DNA from: Candidatus Tenderia sp.
GTDB taxonomy: Bacteria; Pseudomonadota; Gammaproteobacteria; Tenderiales; Tenderiaceae
Direction of reading: 5' to 3'
Length of the DNA stretch: 44,693 nt
Assembly: GCA_031416075.1 (NCBI GenBank)
Contig: JANOSY010000026.1
Location: forward strand, 1 to 44,693
Made by a program: the position numbers and the translations under genes. Below, piece after piece: positions 37,216 to 44,693 of the stretch. The notes below the pieces were generated by a model that saw nothing but the letters and a program-made list of their open reading frames with translations, did no database searches and was not told where the DNA came from. The first letter of the stretch is position 1. Each line of letters opens with the position of its first letter.

Positions 37216-40200
37216 TTAAAGCGCTTCGCTTGTTGGGTCGAAAGGGACTGGACACGAGCTATTCAGTTCGTGTTCGGCCTTCATTATTCCAAACTCATTC
37301 GCGAGTAAGTCCTGTAATTGAAAAGCCCAGGGACTATCGCCTCTTATTCTCGACGGAAGGTTCCATAAGTCGATCCAAATTCCTTGTATCTCGTTAACTA
37401 TGCCGGCCCGTCGTGCCCACGTCGGGCCGTACTTTCGGGCCAGCAAATAGCTTGATTCATAATGCCGTTGGATCGAATTCTTTTCGTCCGGGTAGGTCGC
37501 GTGTCCCCACGAACGTAGTTTCTTCGACCAAGAATAAAAGTCCACCGGATGGACTATTGGGTCCCACCAATCGCCTGGTGCCAACCCATACGGGTCAATG
37601 CGTCTCAACGGATCATTGGCAACATAGGTGTAGTGATTCCCATCCCCACCCTCAAACCCAATCGGATCCTTCGCGATCCACCTTCCGGTCTCCGCGTCAT
37701 AATCCCTCGCACCAAATCGCACGAGTTGGGTATCCCGGTCATATAACCCACCCGCAAAACCAAACGGCTGGAATCCCGGATTGCTATCGCTCAACACCTG
37801 CCCGAACTCGTCGTAGTCGATGCGTTGGGCGATGGTGCCGGTCGCGACATTTATCACCAATCTCGGGCTGCCAAGTTGATCGGTAATGAGGCGGTAGGTG
37901 ACGCCGCCCTTGATCATGTAATCGGGCACGTTGATATGCGTGGCGTAGACGAAGCGGCTGACGACGGCGTTGCTACCGTCAAGCTCAGCGACCGGGCGCA
38001 GTGAGCCTTGATACAGCAAACCTTGCACCAAGGTGCCGTTGACCTTTTTGCCGATACGGCGATTGGTTCCGTCGATCAGGTAGTCGATGACGGTGCCGCT
38101 GGGCAATGTGACCTTCAGCAGATTACCGAGGGCGTCGTATTGGTAGCTCGTGGTTCCGGCACCGTTGGTTTTGCTGAGCAACTCGCCGTTGGCGGTGTAG
38201 CTGTAGGTGTTGGCACCGTAACTGCTGAGGCGGTCTTGGGCGTCGTAACTGGCGCTCACACTCGGCCCGGTGCGGGCGGTGCGGTTACCGTTGCTGTCGT
38301 AGCTGTAGCTGCTGAGAGGGCTGCCGTTTTTGGTGACGGCGCTCAGGCGGCTGGCGCTGTCGTAGCTGTAGCCGTAGGTGGTGGTGGTGCCGCCGAGGGT
38401 TTCGACTTTTTGCGTGATGCGGCCGAGTTTGTCCTGGCTGTAGGCGGTGCTGTAGATGCCGGTGGATGTGTAGTTCGCGCTGTAGTGGGTCAATTCAGCC
38501 AGTGTGTTGTAGGTCAGGCTGTCGGTGAGACTCCCCAGAGTACTGCCGGTACGCAGGCCGTTCTGCGTGTTGTGGGTCAGGGCGAGACTACCTGCTGTTT
38601 TCAGCAGGCCATCGGCGTCGTAGCTGTAGCTCACGCTGGATGGAGAATTGGCTGCGTTAACGGTTTCTGCGGTCACGCGCAGGTCGTTGTTATAAGTGTA
38701 GGCGGTGCTGCCTGCCACCGCGCCGCTCCAGGTGATGCCTTTGAGCAGATCGCCATCGTAGCTGTAACTCAAGCCGAGTCCGCCCGGCGCGGCGATGCCG
38801 GTTAATTTGCTGGTGGTCGCGTCGTAGCTGAAATTGATGCTGGAATTGATTGGGGCACGGGCGATGGTAAGTGAAGTCGCGCGCCCGGCAGTGTCGTAGC
38901 TGACGTCGATGCGCTGGCCATCGGGGCGGGTCTGGCGCGTCAGTGCGCGGTCGGTGTTGTAGCTGTATTGCGTGGCGGTGCTGCCGCTGCCGACATCGGG
39001 CGGCGTGTAGCTCGCGGTCTGGTCTATCGGCGTGTAGCCAAAACTATGCGCGGTGCGACCGGGCGGCGTGATCGCCGTGGTGTTGCCTGCGGCATCGTAA
39101 GCGAATTTTACCGTGCGGCCGTCCGGCAGGGTCTGGGTGACTAAACGTCCGGCGCTGTCGTAGGCCAGGCCCAGCGTACGGGCCAGCGGATCGGTGAGGC
39201 CGGTGAGTTCAAACGCCGCGTTGTAGGCGAGGCTGGTGGTGCGGCTGGTCGCATCGCTGCCTTCGGTAATGGTGCTGAGCAAGCCACGACTGTCGTAAGA
39301 GTAACTGACCGGCTCGAGCCCCAATGCTTGCGCCTGGGTGGTGCGCCCCAGCGCATCCAGCGTTACGGTGCTGCTGCGGCCGACGGCCGTGGTGGTGGTG
39401 AGTGTGCGCGTGGCGGCATTGTTATACACGCGGGTGCTCACCACGCCGTTGTCGGTGACGGTGTCGGTGAGTTTGGTCAGGCTCAACGCGTTAGTGGGGT
39501 CGGCAAGTGTAACCGTGCGCGTGGTGGTGACGGTGCGCGTGAGCCCCGCAGGAGTTTTGACGATCACCTTGCTGGCGATGGGCGCCAACATGCCGAAGCG
39601 CGGATCGGGGCCGTAGGTGACGGTGGTGCTGCTACCGTCGGCATAGGTGGTCTGCTTGCTGCCGTCGCTGTTGTGCAGCGTGACGGTTTTGACGCCGCTC
39701 GCGCCAGTGATGGTGCGGCGTTGCGCGCCGGTGGGCAATTGCTCCACTTGGTAGATATGGCTGCGGCCCAGCGCCGAAGTGGTGGTGACGCTGTAGCCGT
39801 TGCTTTGCTGCGTGCGAACGAGCGTGGTGCTGCCGCCGACCGGATCTTCATCTTTGAGCAAACGACCCAACGCATCATAGGTAAAGGTGTGAATATCGCC
39901 GCGCGGGCCGGTGAAGGTTTGCAACAAGCCGTCGGGCGAATAACTCATGGTGTGAGCTTCGCTGGCAGGATTGGTTGCGCTTAGTAACCAACCGTCAGCG
40001 CCGACATTCAGCGTGGTGCGCTGACCGCCGGGGGCGACGATGGCGGTGGCGATTGCACCGCTACGTTCGACGGTAGTGACGTTGCCGCTGGCATCGGTGA
40101 CGGAGATCAGGTAACCGTCGCTGCTGTAGCCAAATTGGTAAATTAACGCTCCGGTGAGGGCGTCGAGGGTTTTCAGGTGGCGGCCACTGCCGGTGAAGAG

Positions 40201-43200
40201 GTAGAGTTCGCTGCCGTCTTCGGAGGGGAGCAGGCTGTCTGAAGCAGAAATGCCCGGCAGAACGGATTGCACGCGGTGGACGCGGTGGTTGCCTTGGCCC
40301 GAGATAAACAGGCTGCCGTCCAATCCCACGGCAATACTCCAGGGGTAATGGAGTTGCGCTGCCGTTGCCGGGCCGCCGACACCGCTGAAGCCAGCTACTC
40401 CAGTGCCCGCCACAGTGGTGGTGATGCCTTCCGGGCTGACGTGACGGATGCGATGATTGCCATATTCAGCGATAAATAGACTACCGTTCGACCCCACGGC
40501 AACACCCCAAGGGTAAAACAGTTGCGCTGCCGTTGCCGGGCCGCCGTCACCGTTGAAGCCAGGTGCACCGGTGCCCGCCACGGTGGTGATGACGCCATCC
40601 GGTCCGACACGACGGATGCGGTTAGAGAGATATTCGGCGATGAACAGCGCACCATCCGATCCCACGGCAACATCAATGGGGAAATATAGTTGCGCTACCG
40701 TTGCCGATCCACCGTCACCGCTGAACCCAGGCGCACCGGAACCCACCACGGTGGTGATGATGCCATCCGGCCCGACGCGACGAATGCGGTGATTGTACAA
40801 GTCGGCGATAAACAGGCTGCCGTCTGGCCCCACGGCAATGCCAAAAAAGAGATTGAGTTGCGCTGCGGTTGCCGGGCCACCATCGCCTCTGAAACCAGGG
40901 ACACCGGTACCCACCACGGTGGTGATTATGCCATCCGGCCCAACGCGACGGATGCGGTAATTGCCATAGTCGGCGATAAACAGACTGCCATCCGGCCCCA
41001 CGGCAACAGCCGTAGGGGCATTCAGTCGCGCTGTGATTGCCGGTCCGCCGTCGCCGCTGAAACCAGGCACACCCGTACCTGCCACGGTGGTAATGATGCC
41101 ATCTGGCCCAACACGACGAATGCGGTGATTGCCATGGTCAGCGATAAACAGGCTACCGTCCGATCCCACTGCGACACGATGAGGCGAATTCAATTGCGCT
41201 GCGGTTGCCGATCCGCCGTCGCCGCTGAAACCAGCCACACCGTTACCCGCCACGTTGGTAATGGTGTTCGCTGTCATAGCTTCGGCACGGCGCTGTCCAC
41301 CTTCGCCGAGCAATAGTATGCGCGACACAGGGTCGTAGGCATGTTGAATGCCCAGACTCCAGCCCCCCAGCCCGTAAGCGCGGGCGTCCGGTGCAGCCAC
41401 CGACTCGGTCCAATTTCTGGAGAGTGCGATGGTGCTCGCCCCACGCGAAGCCGTGACCGCCACCCCGGCCGCTTCAGCCCGCGCGAAGCTGTTCTCAAAA
41501 TCGCTAGGCACGGCGTAGTACTGCGGCACATAGTCATAATGCACGCGCACGCTCGCGGTTTGCGTGCCTTGCAGCCCGCGACCGTAGGCATCCTTACCAT
41601 CCCACGCTACGGTGTAGCTGAGATTCTGTGCGGGCGTGAAAGTCTGTTGATACAAGCGCCCGGCAAGACTGACCTCGACGCGGATCGCTTTCAGGGTCGC
41701 TGGTAGTGGTGTCGCATCACTCACTTTAAAACTCATGGTGTTGGCCACCTTGCGGCCGGGCGTGCGTTCGCTCTGGTAGTGCAGTCGCCACGGCGTGCCA
41801 TTGACCGGCACCGATTCACCCAGCGTCTGATCTTCGCAGCCGATGACTGAACCGCATATTTTGCTCGCCCCGCCTAGCAAATTCTTGAGCCATTCCCAAA
41901 TTTGCTCCCAAAATGGAGGGATCGCATCCGTCGGCGGGCCGTAGGGCCAGTTGCAATCCCACGGTGTAAAGTGTGTCATCGGCACACGCCATAGCGTTTG
42001 ACCGGCCGTGTAAAGCAGTGCGAGGCGCGAGCGTTCTTCATTCGTGACACCCAGCGCGGTAAGGGCGGCGGCATTGGCGGCGATGCCGCTGCCGGTGATG
42101 TCAAGATCGGCCATGCCGCTGGTGATGCTGAGCACCTTGATGACGCGACCATTCTTTGAGGCAATCCACTGCCCCTTCTGTCGATCGTAGTAACCGGTGG
42201 GTACCGCACCGCCGACGGGGAAGCCGAGGAAGTTTTCAACGTATACGGGCAAAGCTTGACTGAAGCGCACTTCCGTCGCACCGGCGGCGATGGCTTCGTC
42301 GACGCTGAATTCAGCCGCGTAGGTGTAGCCGCTGCTGGGCGGTAACGGCGCGGGCATGGCCTTGGGGCCGGCATCGCCGACGGTGTATTCGGTGGCGCGT
42401 ACGTTGAGCGTGGTCAACGACTGGGTGGTGCCGTTGGGCAGTACCATGGTAGCGGTTGTGCCCGCTGGAAAGAGGATGGTGGCGCGGCGCGCGCCGTCGG
42501 CATCGCTCACTGGATTGCCGCGCGCGACTTGTATCGATGTGGAGGCCGCGAGGTTGACTGTGGTGACGGCAGTGTCAAGCGGGATCATCACGATTTCAGG
42601 CAGCCAGGCGTAGTCGCGCCACGGGGCAATGACATTGCGCTGAACGGCGAGCAAGCCCTCTTTTTCATAACGCACGGTGAGTTGGCCGCCGCCGTTGACG
42701 GCGAGGTCGAACAGGCCATCCGCGCGGGTGAGGGTTTGGCCGAACTCGGGATGGCCGAGCACAGTGATTTTGACTGCGCTTAGTGCGCTGCCGTTACGGC
42801 CCGTCACTTTGCCGCGCAGCACAGCGACGCGTTTGAGTTCAAGGGTGCCGGGCGCAACGCCGGTTTGAATCGGATTGGCGCCGGTATAGAGGAAGGCGGT
42901 GGTGGCGAGGATGTCGGCGGCCACGGTGCGGTCTACCGGCGGGGCGACAGTTTCAGGATTGGGCGGCAGGCCCGTGCCAGGCGGCAGGTTGGTCACGCAG
43001 TTGACCGCTACGTTTGTGACATTGGCGCCACTGAGTGTGCCAGATCCGTTAGTAACAGTGCAGGTCTGTCCGGTGGGTTGCGTGGCGACCGCAACGGCGT
43101 AGGCAGTACCGTTGGTTAGCGCTGTGGCGAAAGTGAAGCTGCCGCTTGTGGTACGTGTAAGGCTGTTGCTGCCGTTATTTTGCAGTACCAGCGTTCCAGA

Positions 43201-44693
43201 GAGGCCGCTAATGGTGCCGCCGACGGTGTAGGTGGCAATCACATTGTCGGCAATGGTCACCGTGGTGCTGCTGGGCGTGCCAATGGTGTAGGCGGCATTG
43301 GCAGCGAGGGTGAGCACCACGGTTTCACTGCCTTCGACGAGGTTGTCGGCCAGCGGGGTGATTGTTACCGCGACGCTGGACTGGTTGGCGGGAATAGTGA
43401 CGGTGGTGCCGATGTTGGTGTAGTCGACGCCATTGGTGGCGCTGCCGCTGATGGTGACACGTACATTCAACGGTTGATTGAGTGTGCCTCCGCTACGGGT
43501 GAGGGTGAAGGTGCCACTGTTTGGGCCTGCCTCTGAAGCGTTGGCGTCAGAGGTGGTGATTGCAATAACAGGCACCGGTGCGGCCACGGTGATTGCCACG
43601 GTGTCTGGTGCGCTGTTGAGCTTGCTGTCGTTAACAATCAGCCGGACGGTGTAGGTGCCAGCAACGTCCGGTGTGAAGGCAGGATTGACCGCCGTTGCAT
43701 TGGTTAACGTTGCTGTGCTGCCCGCCGGGCGTGAGGCGAAACTCCACTGGTAGGTGATCGTATCGCCATCCAGATCTTTAGATGCGGAGCCATTGAGCGC
43801 GACGGCTGTGCCGACAGTGCCTGTTCGGTCGGTGCCGGCATTGGCCGTGGGTGCGTCATTTAAGGCGGCAACATGGATGGTGACGGTGGTGGCATTACTG
43901 TTGTCCTTGCCATCATTGGCGCGGTAGCTGAAGGTTGCGTTGCCGTTGAAGTTGGCGGGAGGGGTGTAGGTGAATGTCCCGTTGGTATTGAGTGACAATA
44001 ACCCTGTTGAAACGTTGGTTGCCAGTTGTGCGGTGAGTGGATCACCATCGGCATCGGTATCGTTTGTGAGCACACTGGTACCGATGAGTGTTCCATCTTC
44101 GCTCATGTTGTATGTGTCGGGGTTGGCGACAGGCACTTTGTTGGGTACGGGTGTTGCGCTAACCACCACGGTGTCGGGCGGACTGTCCGCCGCGCCGTCA
44201 TTGACGATGAGCTGGAGGATGTAATCTCCGGCTTTGGTCGCGGTGAATGAGGGTTGGGACGAGGTGGGATTAGTGAGTACAGGTACACTGCCGCCTGTTG
44301 GTACAGAGGTGAACGTCCATCTATAAGATAGTGTGTTGCCATCTGCATCCGTAGACGCACGGCCATTGAGTGTGACGATTGTGCCGACAGTCATACTTTG
44401 ATCCTGACCGGCATTGGCTACTGGCGCAGTATTGAAGGTGGTGATGATCACTGTGTCTGCGACACTGTTGAGAGCGCCATCGTTGACGATAAGCTGGAGA
44501 ATATTGGTACCAATACGATCTACAACAAATACCGGATTGGCGATGTTGTTTGCAGAGAGGACTGCGTTACTGCCGACAGGACGCGATACAAAGGACCACA
44601 AATAGCTTAAGGGTGCGCCTTCGGGGTCGGACGAGGCAGAACCGTTCAATTGCACCATGCCACCCAGTGCAACATTTTGATCCGCACCGGCAT
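37216..44693 (-). CDS. Giant teneurin-like Rhs/YD-repeat protein, 5' partial
   Basis: The frame stays open to the window edge (..AGADQNVALGGMVQLNG). It has PKD-like repeats (ANAG.D), a cadherin/Big_9-like repeat, a Calx-beta-like domain, a carboxypeptidase-regulatory-like fold, six NHL repeats, YD repeats, the Rhs core PFGFAGGLYD...RDYD...DPIG...DPYGL and a 121-aa tip. Confidence 0.93.
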   Translation of the reverse strand, partial: AGADQNVALGGMVQLNGSASSDPEGAPLSYLWSFVSRPVGSNAVLSANNIANPVFVVDRIGTNILQLIVNDGALNSVADTVIITTFNTAPVANAGQDQSMTVGTIVTLNGRASTDADGNTLSYRWTFTSVPTGGSVPVLTNPTSSQPSFTATKAGDYILQLIVNDGAADSPPDTVVVSATPVPNKVPVANPDTYNMSEDGTLIGTSVLTNDTDADGDPLTAQLATNVSTGLLSLNTNGTFTYTPPANFNGNATFSYRANDGKDNSNATTVTIHVAALNDAPTANAGTDRTGTVGTAVALNGSASKDLDGDTITYQWSFASRPAGSTATLTNATAVNPAFTPDVAGTYTVRLIVNDSKLNSAPDTVAITVAAPVPVIAITTSDANASEAGPNSGTFTLTRSGGTLNQPLNVRVTISGSATNGVDYTNIGTTVTIPANQSSVAVTITPLADNLVEGSETVVLTLAANAAYTIGTPSSTTVTIADNVIATYTVGGTISGLSGTLVLQNNGSNSLTRTTSGSFTFATALTNGTAYAVAVATQPTGQTCTVTNGSGTLSGANVTNVAVNCVTNLPPGTGLPPNPETVAPPVDRTVAADILATTAFLYTGANPIQTGVAPGTLELKRVAVLRGKVTGRNGSALSAVKITVLGHPEFGQTLTRADGLFDLAVNGGGQLTVRYEKEGLLAVQRNVIAPWRDYAWLPEIVMIPLDTAVTTVNLAASTSIQVARGNPVSDADGARRATILFPAGTTATMVLPNGTTQSLTTLNVRATEYTVGDAGPKAMPAPLPPSSGYTYAAEFSVDEAIAAGATEVRFSQALPVYVENFLGFPVGGAVPTGYYDRQKGQWIASKNGRVIKVLSITSGMADLDITGSGIAANAAALTALGVTNEERSRLALLYTAGQTLWRVPMTHFTPWDCNWPYGPPTDAIPPFWEQIWEWLKNLLGGASKICGSVIGCEDQTLGESVPVNGTPWRLHYQSERTPGRKVANTMSFKVSDATPLPATLKAIRVEVSLAGRLYQQTFTPAQNLSYTVAWDGKDAYGRGLQGTQTASVRVHYDYVPQYYAVPSDFENSFARAEAAGVAVTASRGASTIALSRNWTESVAAPDARAYGLGGWSLGIQHAYDPVSRILLLGEGGQRRAEAMTANTITNVAGNGVAGFSGDGGSATAAQLNSPHRVAVGSDGSLFIADHGNHRIRRVGPDGIITTVAGTGVPGFSGDGGPAITARLNAPTAVAVGPDGSLFIADYGNYRIRRVGPDGIITTVVGTGVPGFRGDGGPATAAQLNLFFGIAVGPDGSLFIADLYNHRIRRVGPDGIITTVVGSGAPGFSGDGGSATVAQLYFPIDVAVGSDGALFIAEYLSNRIRRVGPDGVITTVAGTGAPGFNGDGGPATAAQLFYPWGVAVGSNGSLFIAEYGNHRIRHVSPEGITTTVAGTGVAGFSGVGGPATAAQLHYPWSIAVGLDGSLFISGQGNHRVHRVQSVLPGISASDSLLPSEDGSELYLFTGSGRHLKTLDALTGALIYQFGYSSDGYLISVTDASGNVTTVERSGAIATAIVAPGGQRTTLNVGADGWLLSATNPASEAHTMSYSPDGLLQTFTGPRGDIHTFTYDALGRLLKDEDPVGGSTTLVRTQQSNGYSVTTTSALGRSHIYQVEQLPTGAQRRTITGASGVKTVTLHNSDGSKQTTYADGSSTTVTYGPDPRFGMLAPIASKVIVKTPAGLTRTVTTTRTVTLADPTNALSLTKLTDTVTDNGVVSTRVYNNAATRTLTTTTAVGRSSTVTLDALGRTTQAQALGLEPVSYSYDSRGLLSTITEGSDATSRTTSLAYNAAFELTGLTDPLARTLGLAYDSAGRLVTQTLPDGRTVKFAYDAAGNTTAITPPGRTAHSFGYTPIDQTASYTPPDVGSGSTATQYSYNTDRALTRQTRPDGQRIDVSYDTAGRATSLTIARAPINSSINFSYDATTSKLTGIAAPGGLGLSYSYDGDLLKGITWSGAVAGSTAYTYNNDLRVTAETVNAANSPSSVSYSYDADGLLKTAGSLALTHNTQNGLRTGSTLGSLTDSLTYNTLAELTHYSANYTSTGIYSTAYSQDKLGRITQKVETLGGTTTTYGYSYDSASRLSAVTKNGSPLSSYSYDSNGNRTARTGPSVSASYDAQDRLSSYGANTYSYTANGELLSKTNGAGTTSYQYDALGNLLKVTLPSGTVIDYLIDGTNRRIGKKVNGTLVQGLLYQGSLRPVAELDGSNAVVSRFVYATHINVPDYMIKGGVTYRLITDQLGSPRLVINVATGTIAQRIDYDEFGQVLSDSNPGFQPFGFAGGLYDRDTQLVRFGARDYDAETGRWIAKDPIGFEGGDGNHYTYVANDPLRRIDPYGLAPGDWWDPIVHPVDFYSWSKKLRSWGHATYPDEKNSIQRHYESSYLLARKYGPTWARRAGIVNEIQGIWIDLWNLPSRIRGDSPWAFQLQDLLANEFGIMKAEHELNSSCPVPFDPTSEAL
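40265..41270 (-). repeat. Six intragenic NHL repeats (about 168 bp each)
   Basis: Repeated GIITTVAGTG.PGFSGDGGPATAAQL..P..VAVG.DGSLFIAD..NHRIRRV unit. Confidence 0.9.

Noticed and set aside
40265-41270. 168-bp repeats as a DGR template/variable pair or mobile repeat
   Set aside because: They are in-frame NHL propeller blades, I saw no adenine-specific pattern, and no reverse transcriptase is in the window.
38008-41706. Several 200+ aa plus-strand ORFs inside the Rhs gene
   Set aside because: Antisense shadows of a GC-rich repetitive coding sequence, with no recognisable motifs.

Overview
This 44.7 kb window looks like gammaproteobacterial chromosome (inferred from gene content). It has a housekeeping core flanked by two decayed accessory regions. 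Left end (1-1324): a relic integron missed by the ORF track, with a truncated intI, an attI-like junction and one two-ORF cassette ending in a damaged attC. Core: FecCD/BtuCD-type ABC genes, HAD phosphatase, rppH-ptsP, a DUF389 pseudogene, zntB, a YfaZ-like gene, a HugZ-like gene, a MutT-ThiE fusion and the type IV pilus locus pilS-pilR-pilA-pilB-pilC-pilD-coaE-zapD-yacG, which carries an IS5-type MITE and REP debris. Middle: an IclR regulator divergent from an operon encoding a transketolase/phosphoketolase-like ThDP enzyme, a DUF1537 four-carbon acid-sugar kinase and glcDEF. I propose (inference) that this is an undescribed glycolate/glyoxylate salvage route via 3-oxo-tetronate. Next come OMPLA, two transglutaminases, a circularly permuted ATP-grasp gene and an alpha-E gene. 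Right end: one intact and two truncated RAYT (HUH Y1) genes interleaved with five GTCTGACCCC motifs, four followed by stuttered micro-repeats. This tract abuts the stop codon of a 5'-partial giant teneurin-like Rhs protein that has no immunity gene downstream. No rRNA, tRNA or CRISPR array was seen.
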